DNA of 63,326 bases, the filler included, from Catajapyx aquilonaris (taxonomy: Eukaryota): assembly GCA_000934665.2 (NCBI GenBank). It is 3 parts of 3 records of this genome, joined end to end, with 100 filler letters (N's around TTAATTAATTAA, not from the genome) between each part and the next. Parts side by side here need not be neighbours in the genome. Positions count along the whole stretch, not along the records: positions 21,094 to 42,250 come from JYFJ02006155.1; 2 more parts are not named here. One strand, written 5' to 3'. The notes beneath the pieces were generated by a model. It did no database searches. It was given only the letters and a program-made list of their open reading frames with translations, and was not told the origin of the DNA. Positions 27,389-39,476 of this stretch are shown piece by piece; the stretch's first letter is position 1; the number at the start of each line of letters is the position of its first letter. The translations under genes were made by a program, and so were the position numbers.

Positions 27389-27521
27389 TGGTCACATGGT
27401 GTGGGAGAGGAGTAGGTGTATAGTATTTACTTATGGTTATGAAAAATGGCGTATTCACACGGTGAATTCGGCGGAAGTGTGATGTTACATACAGCTAAGC
27501 CAGAAACATTGCATAAATTCC

Positions 27522-28597
27522 TGCAGAACTTACAAGCAAAGTAACTTTTCTTACCCTCCTGGATTTTGATAATTTTTATAATTTAAATTCTGCTTGGCCT
27601 ATAGTGTTGAGAAAACATCACCTCCGCTGCTAAATTCCACGTTAGCAGGGTGAAAATACAGCCTAAAGGCGATGTTCCGTAAGCCACAACACCAGCGTTC
27701 GGTCGCGAGGCGCTCGTCCCGGCTACCCCGGTCGCGGTCGCCTTTCACCGCGTCTGTAGCTCTCTCCGTTGCCACGAAGGAGAAGGGTCATCTCGCACGC
27801 TTTGCAGTCGAAGGCTATTATAATAATGGAGAGCCAGGACAGGGAGCATAATACTACATAAGAGGCGCAAACATTCGATTCGCTTGTCTCTGTTTGATGG
27901 GGCCAACCATGGGGCCAACGGTGGCGGCCATTTTGAAGAGATGCCAACGAGGTGTAAATAGGGTACAGGCAGGCCAAAGCTTCGCCATCTTTGATTGTTT
28001 TGGCGGCGGCCATGGCACTTCAAGGCAAGAACACGGGCGAATTTGAATATTTTTGCCGTACTTACGGAATTAATACGTAGAAAAGTACATTAAAGGAGCT
28101 CATACGGCAAAAAGACTCAAATTCAGCCGCCAAAACCATCAAAGATGGCAGACCTTTGGCCTGCCTGTACCCTATTTACACCTCGTTGGCTCTTCAAAAT
28201 GGCCGCCACCGTTGGCCCCATCAAACAGAGACAGGCGAATCGAATGTTTGCGCCTCTTATGTAGTATTATGCCCCCTGTCCTGGCTCTCCATTATTATAA
28301 TAGCCTTCGACTGCAAAGCGTGCGAGATGACCCTTCTCCTTCGTGGCAACGGAGAGAGCTACAGACGCGGTGAAAGGCGACCGCGACCGGGGTAGCCGGG
28401 ACGAGCGCCTCGCGACCGAACGCTGGTGTTGTGGCTTACGGAACATCGCCTTTAGTCTGGATTTTCACCCTGCTAACGTGGAATTTAGCAGCCGAGGTGA
28501 TGTTTTCTCAACACTATAGGCCAAGCAGAATTAAAATTATAAAAATTATCAAAATCCAGGGGGGTAAGAAAGGGTACTTTGCCTGTTAGATATGCGG
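27522..28597. repeat. Large foldback palindrome (~500-bp near-identical inverted arms, ~40-bp spacer)
   Basis: 27537-28008 is the near-exact reverse complement of 28125-28582 (hence mirror ORFs 27723..28013- and 28156..28395+). Pairing continues to 28060/28103. Confidence 0.92.
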
Positions 28598-28653
28598 CAC
28601 AGTGAGGGGGATACCCGCCTAATTATGTTTCAACAACAATACGTACTATAGGC

Positions 28654-29103
28654 TAGCGGTTCCTCAAGTGGGTTCCGTGGAAGGATCATCAGGGTTCCGC
28701 GAGTCAGTTCACTACTGCATAAACTTACATTTTCATATTAGAATAATTCTAATATATGATTCTTATTTGAAACTGCAGTTTGTTTAATTTGAAGTCATCA
28801 TATTGTGATCAACTTAGTAAAAGTTATAACAAGTAAAAACATTATACTATAAATTTGTTTTGTCGAATGAGCCATGCGGCGTTTTTCTGTGACCAACCAT
28901 TTGCCAGTTACTGTTATGTTGCACCGGGGGGTCTTTGTTCAACGGTTTTTTCTTTGCAATTTCTGTGTAAATTGAACAATTTTTGCGGCGGTACAGAGTG
29001 TATATTTTCTGGAAATGGGTCAGTTGTAGAAGGGGCTGGGGGGGTCGCACATTTATGGAAACATGTTTAGGGGGTCGCAGTGGTAAAAGGTTGGAAACTA
29101 CTG
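28654..29103. mobile_element. Degenerate hAT/Charlie-like MITE
   Basis: Ends tagcggttcctcaa...gggttccgcgag and ggggtcgc...aggttggaaactactg resemble CAGTGGTTCCCAAC-type TIRs. TSD degraded. Confidence 0.4.
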
Positions 29104-29376
29104 CTTTACTGACTATCAACAATCTTCTAGTTGCCACAACTGGAAACCCACGATACAATTCAATTACCTATGTATCCTGACTTTAGAGTCACCCTGTAGC
29201 CTACTTGTGTTTGGAGCTGACATTATGCCTACATGATGACATGTAATCTCATGTAAAACAATGAATCCTTTTGTCAAAATAATTACTTTCTTGCTATATA
29301 CCATGACTGTATGCTAATATTACACAGGGTATTAGAAATAGTCTACAACCCATTTGGCAAACACATTGAATATGCA

Positions 29377-29645
29377 CATCATCATCATCATCCGTCATCA
29401 TCATCATCATCATCACCACCACCATCACAACATTTCCCTATGAGAGTATAAGGGGTAGTCAGCGATGAAGGAGACGCAAGCTCACTCAACATATAATTAT
29501 GAACTAAATGAAAACTATAATACTCACGTATGAATTTTGAGACTTTAATCACAATGTGTTAGGCCTATCATGAGGCATCATCATCATCATCATCATCATT
29601 ATTATTATTATTATTATTATCAACATCATTATTATTATTATTATT
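29377..29645. repeat. Compound (ATC)n/(ATT)n microsatellites
   Basis: (CAT)n at ~29377-29415 and (CAT)n(TAT)n at ~29576-29645. Confidence 0.85.
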
Positions 29646-30436
29646 GACACACCATCATATCCTTTTCCCAAAAGCCACCAGCAGGGGATGTGACGCCCTT
29701 TGTGACGGGCGGCACCCCACTCTCTGAAGGCAATCAGGTCTTTGCAATTCCTCTGCAGCTGACCACAGTCAGCAGATCACGTCCATCTTCACCAAATGAT
29801 GCCAACTCCTCAAACTTCCCATTAGACCTTACAGGAAGTACCTCTCGGTCAGGCAGCATTGGAAGTGGACTGACACCACACCAAATCCTGGCCTGCCCTA
29901 CCACAGTGAGCTCCCAGCTAACCTTTCTTTTCCTTCCCCTGATCCTGAAATATGAAATAGTAGCATCTCATCACATTTTTAAGTAGCTGAAGCATTTCAC
30001 ATTAACATGCAAATATGAATTTCATTTGTGAATTTGTAAAATGAGGTAAGTTTGAGATAGTACAGTTTTTAAAATGTTACTGTGTTGTTTCTAAGGCTCT
30101 CAAGAGTACATAGGATTGTTCAAATCTGTTCAGATTGCCAGGAATACAGTAAGTGCACTCTACATGAGGAGGTGATATGCAAAACCAGACATATCCAAAA
30201 AGCAAAATTTTCAGGAACTGCGAAAAACTGTGGCTGAAAAACCACTAATGTGGTATAAGTAAAATTGATGTCATAAAATTGTCCAAAAATTGAGCAAAAT
30301 TTGACGTCAATTCCAAAGAAGAAGTACTTATAGTTATTAAAATATTTCATAATTTAAAAAGGATAAGTTGCAGTTTGCTTGTCAAGAGGGGATATGTTGC
30401 ATTTTGCACGGACACATAATGGTATTAGGATACCCA

Positions 30437-30743
<307 letters not shown>

Positions 30744-32234
30744 GGATACCCCGTGATAGGTCTTCTTAGGACTGATAGATCATCTTTTCAATGACCGGTT
30801 TTATTAATTATTTGCCTGTGCTGTGATTGATTTTTTGCTCGTGAGAGAGAGCCCCGAGAATACCAGGAGAACACGGAGAGAACACATCAAAACTTTATCC
30901 AAACCTATAAAGTCCATAAATCGAGTTTAAAATGCAGATTCGATTGGAATTTCGATTGGATTGAACAGCATTTACTGCTACATCCGGTGCATAGGCCTAT
31001 GTTTTCCTCATTTTAACTATTATTTTTTTGCCTATTCTTCAGTAGACTCCCACAGGTGATCAGATTGTACGTAGGTTCGTATCCACCTTAATCGAGTCGT
31101 AAAAATTGAACAAAGCTGTGTTATCAGCCCACTGGTCACCCTACGATACGCAGAGGAGCTTCATTATGTCCGAGAGAGTGTCTTGACAGACAGCACTGGA
31201 CTCCATGACCGCTTTGCCTCGTGGACGAGGAGCACAAACTGTTATGCGCACTAAGGCTGAGTGGATATATCGCAGTTTGCATGTCAAGGAAAAATGGATA
31301 TGTTGCTGTATGCCTGATCAACGTTTTTCACCCATGCCTTACATCAAGGATAGGTCCCCATTTGCACGGATATGATGTTGCAGGGCATCGGGCTCACCGT
31401 GGAGAAAAATCCAGCGTTGCCAGCTCATTTTGACCAAAAATGGATATATCCGGTTTTGCATTATTAAACTGTGCACAGTTTGATAAGTAAAGTATATCAA
31501 CAAGCCTGTGGGTAGGAAGGAACAGTGATAATATATTAATATAATTATTGTGTATTAGGCACTTGTCTTTCAAAATCAGTAAACAAGCTTTTGCAGTAAC
31601 ATTATAGCATTCTCATAATAATATATAGCTACCATGAAGAGTTGTGGCTTCCTCACTCTCACTGGTATCCCTTACAAGAACAAACTGTAAAGTAAACGTA
31701 ATGTATGTATATACACAATAATTATGTGTGAAGCATTTCAAGTATAAATTTCTTACTACCTGTACATGCTGAGATGAGTTCATGTATACCGAGGGATTGT
31801 ATGAACACAAGTTTTCAGCTTTCCTCGGTTTTCCACTCCTTTGGATACCATATGAATGCTTTGTTATGCACTGGACATGGGTCATGTTTCCTAACTTCCT
31901 TATTCTTGCTCCTCTAACCAGAGACATTCCTTAGAAGAAAACTTTATAATTCACAGTTTATTTTGCACTTGAATGAATTTTTAATGACATCAATAGGAAA
32001 CTTCATTATGAATTAAGAATTTCAGTGAATTTATTTTCCATTCCTCACAGTGTGTAGTCCCACTTAGGATTCATTTGGCTGCAAGAGTTTGGTACAATGC
32101 CTTGTTAAACTTTGGTTTATGCCAACAAGACCATCCAGATTGGGCATTTATGTTCAGTGATTGGATTCTTGCATTTGCAAGGTAATATTATTTTACCATT
32201 TGTATCCATTCTCTGCCCCCTTATCCCCATACAG

Positions 32235-32845
32235 ATCCAGTGGCTCATTGACAACTATGAGACATATGAAGGAGTGAGCCTTCGTCGGTCGGCATTGTTC
32301 TCCCATTACCTCCGGCATTGTAATGAACAACAGCTGGACCCAGTGAATGCAGCCAGTTTTGGAAAACTCATCCGTTGCGTGTTCCTAGGTTTGGGCAACC
32401 GCCGCCTAGGCACTAGAGGGAACTCCCATTACCACTATTATGGAATCAGGGTGAAGCCCACATCTCTGCTCAATGAGGTGATTATGTTGTACTATTAGGG
32501 GCAACACTGTGGTGTAGGGGTTACCATCACAGCATTCCACTTGTGAAGGACCCATGTTCAATCCCTGGGTTGTAGAGAGTGTTTTCTCATGGGGAAAGAG
32601 CTTCAATGGGTTCTCTCTGTGTTTGCATGCATTTTTGGGGGATCCTCCTGCTTTTTTCCCAAGGTTAAAACCCATCAGCAGTGCAGGAATGGAGAATAAA
32701 AATCGAAATGGAAGAGCAATGCCTAAGAAGGCACAAGCCTTGTGTAGAAGGTATGTTTCATGGCTGCTCATGGGTTTTAATTATTGCAATTATTCTGCAT
32801 CCTCAGTGCACTGAAGGAGTCAGTGATAGTGCATCATCATCATCA

Positions 32846-32932
<87 letters not shown>

Positions 32933-35497
32933 GGTAAATAGGTAAATATGTCTGAGGATAAGGTGATGTCTGAGGTGGGCAGGGGTGGGGGGTGGGTCAG
33001 GTTGTTTTTAGGTTTATTCTCATGAGTTTTATTAGTTCATATGTTGGGTTAGCTTGCGTCTCCCTTCATCGCTGACTACCCCTCATAGGGAAATGTCGTG
33101 ATGTTGTTGTTGTTGTTGTTGTTGTATTATTATTTCCAGGTAAATGAAGCTTCGACAGGTGAAGATGGCAATGGAGCCGTTGGTGGCCAATTGAAGGTAC
33201 AGGGTGCCCAAGGACAGGTAACGCCTACACAGCAGCAAGGAGGGAAGACGGCAGCAACAATCAAGCAACAACCACCATACCAGAAGAGATTTAATAAAAC
33301 AGTGGGAGGGAAAAATAAGTATGACGGAAAAGCCACCGGTGGAGCTGGCCCACACAACTCGGGATCTGATTCCACGTCGCCCGCCCAGTACCACCAGTAT
33401 TTAGGAGACCCAACAGGAGCTGTGCCACCCCTGCCCGAAATTGACACTGACCTTTGCTTGCTCCCAGACTCACTTACCCAGCACGATGTGGATACCTTTC
33501 GCAGTATGTACGGAGACCATTGTGAATCGCTCCTAGAAGCAGTGACCGCACTCCAGTTTGCCTCGGTGGAGCAGCTTTGGCGCCAGTTCTGGCGGGGCCC
33601 CAATAACAACGACAACAGTGAGTCCGAGTGTGAAAAGGCACTCCCAAAAGCAAAGCTCTACATGTTGTGCAAGCTGGAGCCAGTGCAGAAATTTGTTCGG
33701 TCCGTTGACTACCAGTTCTACCAGAACTTGGTGGATGTTTTGATAGCAGACGTGTTGAGGCCCATCCCCAGCTCCCTGACGAAGGCCATCAGCAACTTCA
33801 CCAAGGGGCTGAAGAGATGGATGAATTCAGCCATGAAAGGAAGCCCAGAGGATATGTTGCAGGTGAAGGTGTCTGCTGTTAGTGCATTTGCGCAGACGCT
33901 CCGAAGGTACACCTCTCTCAATGACCTGGCCCAGGCGGCCAGGTCCATCCTTCAGGACGCAGCCCAGGTCAACCAGATGCTGGCTGACCTTAACTGTGTT
34001 GATTTCCGTAACGTCCAGGAGCAGGTACGTTATGCTTCTCAGTAATTGTGCATACAGCAGGAAGATGAGAGGAAAACAACAAAATCAAGGCATCAGATTT
34101 TCTCCATTTCTGTCAACCTGCTTGTAATTAACAAGTAATATGAAGCAGGCTGGAATAAGGAGGCTTGCATACTTATGAATACATAGTGGTTGTCTGTTGT
34201 CTCAAGTAGTAAGTTACATAAGGTGACAATTACCTACTAGTGAATTTTAGAGTATTTAGACGGTACCGGTAGTAAAATAGTTATATAAAGCAAATGATAT
34301 AGTGCTACCATAATGGTGTCTAAAGGGCACTCTGGGACGTTTGCAGGTCTCGTGGGTCTCCCAGTGCAAAGACGGCCTGCTGTCCCAACTGGAGGCAGAC
34401 TTCAAGGTGACACTGCAACAGCAGAACTCCCTGGAGCAGTGGGCTGCCTGGCTGGAAGGAGTTGTCAACCAGGTGCTCAATGCGCATGAGGGGAAGCCTG
34501 ACTTTGCCAATGCTGCCCGACAGTTCCTGCTCACATGGTCCTTTTACAGGTACTGGTATTGTTGTGTTTTAGTCAGTCTAGGATATGAATATCTTGAGGA
34601 GGATGGGGAGATTACCTGCAATTTGCTCCTCTCTTTATTCAACAGCTCTATGGTCATAAAGGACTTGACGCTGCGCGGAGCTGCAAGCTTTGGGTCATTT
34701 CACTTGATCCGTCTTCTGTGCTCCGAGTATATGTTTTACCTCATAGAGCACATCAGGGTAGCCTCAGCCAACGGGGAGACACGCATCGCGGTCATGGGCG
34801 AGGTAAACCACATGCAATACATTTGTTTTCATGATTAAGGTGTCAGGCTGGATTGTACGTATTATGCCATCATATAAAGGCCAGGGTATTGAACTGTTAA
34901 TTAATATATAGCTTATGCATAATTTGTACGGGTTAGTTAGCTTGTTATGTGGCAATCAAATAATTAGGTATCTAATTAAACAGTGGGAAGTTTTTTCAAC
35001 TTGACTTTGTAAAAGTAAGTTTGTTTTGGAGAAGTACAAACTGCAGTTTATACATGGCTATTAAAGTGGGAACAACCAGGAATAAGTATATAGCTTTGAT
35101 ATGCGGCCGGATTTTAGTTTATTTCATATTTTATATTTATGTTAGTCCAATTCGTATGTTTTTATCAATTTTAAAACTTTTCCTTTTTGGTCAGAAGCCT
35201 CGTGAGATTCTTATGCCCCTGCCCCCATCCCCTCCGTCCCTGGGCAGCAGCAATCCGTCCAACTCTGAGTCCGTTGATGGCGAAGAGGCAAACAACATGA
35301 GCCTAGGTGGAGGTGATGTCAACAGCAGTGGCAACGTGTACAACAATGGATTGATGGTCTCGCCCACTTCTGTTTCTGCTGCTGGCATCGGCACTAGCAT
35401 CAACGGCAGTGGCGTCATGTCTAACTATCCACCACCAGCATCACCAGCACATCAGCAGCACCATCACCATCACCATCACCTCCCACTCAAGCAATAA
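32235..35497 (+). CDS. Rfx: Regulatory factor X (RFX1/2/3-type) winged-helix transcription factor; divergent copy, 5' exons not identified, possibly a young pseudogene
   Basis: Five GT-AG exons with consistent phases: 32235-32477 (DBD IQWLIDNYETYEGVSL...DPVNAASFGKLIR...RRLGTRGNSHYHYYGIRVK), 33140-34024 (B/C regions, ...FAQTLRRYTSLNDLAQAAR...NQMLADLNCVDFRNVQEQ), 34347-34549 and 34646-34802 (dimerisation domain WSFYSSMVIKDLTLRGAASFGSFHLIRLL...IAVMGE), and 35195-35497 (first TAA). The frame stays open to a second TAA at 35585-35587. AATAAA at 35726. Confidence 0.9.
32832..32929. repeat. (CAT)n(TAT)n microsatellite in Rfx intron
   Basis: Direct read of catcatcat... followed by a long attattatt array. 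Confidence 0.9.
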
Positions 35498-35775
35498 CAG
35501 CAGGACCAGAAGATGGTGATGGTTGCCATACCATTGCCTGACGGTAGTGGTGAGTCACCGACTGCAAAGCGGCTCAAGACCAGCTAACATCCCAAGGAGC
35601 TTTGTTACTCCCGCCTGTCCTCATCCTCGTGTTTTGTGCCCCCACGTACTGGTATACCATTTCCAGTTGAGTTTGTTTGAGTAGCCGTGCGTGTGACGGG
35701 TTTTCCTTGTGAAGACTGGCTTGTAAATAAATTCTTCTTTTTAAAGTCCATTCAACGGTCAATTCGACGGTGCAT

Positions 35776-35859
35776 ACGAGGGGGAGAGAGGGGGGGGGGG
35801 GGAGAGACATCTCAAACCATGGTTTGAGATGTCTCCCCCCCCCCCTCTCTCCCCCTCGT
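35776..35859. repeat. Loop-less ~84-bp palindrome (possible tiny mariner-type MITE)
   Basis: Perfect core GAGACATCTCAAACCA|TGGTTTGAGATGTCTC with G-run/C-run arms ending acgagggggagaga / tctctccccctcgt; left end reads TA|CGAGGG. Confidence 0.75.
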
Positions 35860-37529
35860 CCTACTCTATCACCTCTCTCCACCTATTTCCTAATTATTGT
35901 TCCCACCATTTTTAAAAAATAACATAATATTTTGCGACCAATCGCGTTAGATCGGTTGAAATCAGTATCCAATGATTGTTGGAGTTGTCCGGAACAACCT
36001 GTTCCGTAGCATTATTCACCTATTTATGTGACTAATTTTAAAATGCAAATCGGGGCCATTAATTGTTTGATGGAGTGGAAGGAGTGGCAGTACTCATCAG
36101 GTGTGAGTGACAAATTAAGCATTTGACTTAAACAAACCGTATTTTGTTAAAGATTGGCTTTTTTATCTGTTGTTTTGTGGTATAGGACAGGCAATTATTT
36201 TTTTTGTAACTTGAGGAAGATTTGAGGCGAAAGTGCAAATAAGTTGCAGATTTGGGCACTAAATATGTGGCTCATTTTGGGCACGGTCAAGTATTTAGTT
36301 TAATCCAGTAGATAAGAAAACACAGCATTTACCTGAACTTAGAATAATCATAATTATTGTCATTTTGGGTACATGACTCCAGAGCCGGCCCTGGGGGGGG
36401 GGGGGGGGGGNGGGGGCAATAGCGGTCCCCGCCCTAGGCCTCGCTCTGGGGATGACAACGGCCAACTTACGGTATTGCACAAAACTCAGAAATCCCCCAT
36501 ATTGACATTCTTTCATTGTCCTACTAAAAAATAAAATAATAAAATAAAATAAATCGTTCCTGCATCATATGCCAGATTCTTGAAACGAACACGTCTGGTA
36601 AAAACCTAAACTATGTTATCTGATAACAACCAAAGGTGGGCATAAGCGCCGCTAATCAGCTAACAGCTAATAGCTGGAGTAACTGTTCGTGAGCTGATTA
36701 GCTGTTTTCGCTAATTTTTCAGGCCGCTAGCTGACTAATTAGCTCCCACTAAATTTAGTGCCCCACTGCAGCTAAAAATATTCATTCGTGTTCCTGTCTC
36801 GCTGTCTGTCACTTTTTAAAGTTGCATTGTTTCCACTCCAGGCGGGTATTAAAATAGACCAGTATGTTGATCTTGAAGGCTAACCAACATCTTCATACCA
36901 ACTATAACCAACCGGTTGTCATTGTGAAACTCTGTGACTTCTGTGTGGTATTTGTTTGTTGTCAATACGCTCGCAAACGTACTGCGATTGTGTCTTGTAC
37001 AACTGCTTTTTTTTCTTCTTCTTTTCTTTTTTTTTCCTTTTACGCACATATTCAGCCTACATGGCTATCAGCTATTTTACCTGTTCGTATGCCCACCTAC
37101 TAACTGTAGGCAGCCGTTTGTTCCTGTCACTACGGTGTGCGGAATTTTCTTGCCGCCGCCCACATAGTCATACTCGCACATTTCTGGCTTGCCGTCGATA
37201 CATTCGCGACGTAATTCGGATTAGAAACAGTCGAGATAACATAGGTGTGCAGTTAACTTAATTATGATTACACAAATGGCGGTCTCAATGTTTCAAATAT
37301 ATCATTAGATAGACAAAGATGTGCACTATCCAGGGTTCACATGTGGATTTTTTGGCCTCCTGAAAGCGTCATTAAAAATTCACTTTGCGGTGTAACGTCG
37401 GCAACTAGTCAAAAAATGACACTGTTCCTCCTTCTTTTTACGATAAGAAATTAGAGACTGACGATAGGAAAACAACTCGCATATATGTAACGTGGATTTA
37501 AACAAGCTTTCTAACGCTCTAAGGTCTAT

Positions 37530-37680
37530 GGTAACCCCGTCGGTCCCGTGTGCTTGTGACATTGCGGGAGTGCACGTTAAAGATCCTCAGAGTGGCCAAA
37601 TTTCCAAGAGGAGGACCACCCCCTTCTGGCGTCGGTGTTTAGCCTTAGCAGCAGAAATAGGCCGACGTTAACCCCCACAT
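37530..37680 (+). mobile_element. 5'-truncated SINE core fragment (Nin/Deu-domain-like, similar to tick Ruka-type SINEs)
   Basis: gtcggtcccg...gtgcacgttaaagatcctcagagtggccaaatttcc...gacgttaacccc resembles the GCACGTTAAAGAACCCCAGGTGGTCGAAATTTCC...GACGTTAAACCCC core recalled from these SINEs. No tRNA head present. Confidence 0.45.
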
Positions 37681-38964
37681 GGCAGTAATGGGGCAACTGA
37701 TTAGGGGCACAACAAGCTACAAAAAATAACCAATTCAGGCAATATTAGTGATAAGAAGAGTGACCCATGAACTTGGAACACCCTGTATGCGTGAGAGTTC
37801 ATAGCCCATACCAGCAGGTCACAGTCCGAGGAGGAGGACATGGAAAATTATACATTTCTTCGCCCAACAAATAGGTGAACCTCTCTGGTAGCAGCAATGA
37901 CGGTCACACTCGTCGAATTTAGTTTATCTTTAAACAGGTTGCTGGTGTGAACAATCCATACTTTCTTCCTCTTACCTCCTCGGAAATGCATCAAAATCTG
38001 AAAGTATTGCAGGATATTTAGGGATCGCGATATTTACTGTATTTAATTTAATTTATTTATTGTTGTATTTATTTATTATTTAAACTCATCCAGTCCCTAT
38101 TTGAATTTGTACGTGGTTTTAAATGTACAGTAGAGAGAATCATAAAAGTTTGTAATAAACATCACAGATGCAAAATGAGGTACATCATAATTATAACTCA
38201 TTCAGCATGTAACAAAATTGTTGCAGAAACCATCGTTTTTTTTTTTTTTTGCATCCTTGGTAACAACAAACAGCCATTATTCAACTTATACTGGCTAAGG
38301 TAAAGGAGCGTTTTCTCCGAACTGCTGCCCTGCCATACGAGGTAAGACTTACTAAGAGTAAATTATATCACGGGACTGATTCAATGGCGATATCCGGAAG
38401 TGATATCGTTATTCCATTCCCTGTTTGCGACTGCCCTCCACGCATTCACGCAATTACGTACACAATAGACAGATTATTCCGTTCTGTTCTTGTTCTCGCA
38501 AACTATCGAAGAAATATTTCGCCCAATTGGATACAGATAGGCCTACTAATAATGGCCAGCATACATAATGGGGTTATAATTGATGATTATGTCCATTCCA
38601 TTACATTTTTTTCTCCCTAAACTACTTATTGTTAGGGTAACAACTAACAAAGTATTTTTACAAAATGATTCTATCTCTCTGAAAAAATATGCTCGTAAAT
38701 GACATGATGTGTTAATTTAGCGACTATTGTCATTGTCTACCACTGAGCGGGTGTAGGGTTGAATTTGAAATGGGTGGCGAATTTTACGAGACGATTTTAT
38801 AGGGTCGGTAACGAAAAAGATTGGGAAACCCTGGTTTAATGCAATATGGGAGAGTGTAGTGTGTCAAAATATTGTTCAGCTATTGACCTTACTGCTAGTA
38901 CGTCAAAATCGGTCACCCCCGTATCTTACGCGCCAAAAACATGAAACTTCAATGCAGGAATATT

Positions 38965-39309
38965 TTATTTTATTTTTTATTGATACCCCGTGCTCGAGCC
39001 TTCGGCTCGTTTAGGGGGGTGGCATACCACCATCAGTTTTCTATTTTTACTTCAAACTCCGTGCAAGGGCTGGTTCAGGATATAGGGTAGGGAAAGGGAT
39101 TGTTGGGGAGGGGACACTTGTGCAGGTGCATTGTCTAGGCTTTTGGGCCATGTGCAGTCCCCCAGGAGGTTAGGTTGCCAGACACCTCCTTGGTGCAGGT
39201 CAGAGACCCTCCCGACGCAGGTGAAAGGAAGTTCCCCAGGCGGGGATCGAACCTGGGGCCTTTCACTCAGCAAGCCGAGACGTTACCATCTCGGCCACCA
39301 CACCTCCCC
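38965..39309 (-). mobile_element. Full-length tRNA-derived SINE (family 2)
   Basis: Minus strand: A-box TGGCCGAGATGG, B-box GGTTCGATCCC, A-rich tail; exact 15-bp TSD CAATGCAGGAATATT (38950-38964, 39310-39324). Confidence 0.9.
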
Positions 39310-39476
39310 CAATGCAGGAATATTAGTAGTTTTACTCAACCTAATAGTAGAAGCCAATATTCTTGATGACCAGTGAAAGTAATCATTGGAATGTAACTGC
39401 TTAAAAATAAGCAAATTAGTATGCAAACTAATTCTGTGGAAGAGACACTTTAATAGAATACGTACATTGCATATCA

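Noticed and set aside
27723..28395. Two mirror-image ORFs with near-identical peptides
   Set aside because: A consequence of the foldback palindrome; no coding signature.
29650..29944. Exon-like minus-strand segment after a tttcag acceptor (DQGRKRKVSWELTVVG...)
   Set aside because: Contains a stop and no recognisable domain; might be an upstream part of the SAMD3-like fossil but unsupported.
32112..32234. ORF-track N-terminal extensions of Rfx and the ZNF exons (e.g. 32112-32234, 45275-45436, 56923-57081, 62160-62426)
   Set aside because: They lie upstream of clear AG acceptors, differ among paralogues, and read as intron. The candidate donor at 32182 gives a 53-nt intron in the wrong phase.
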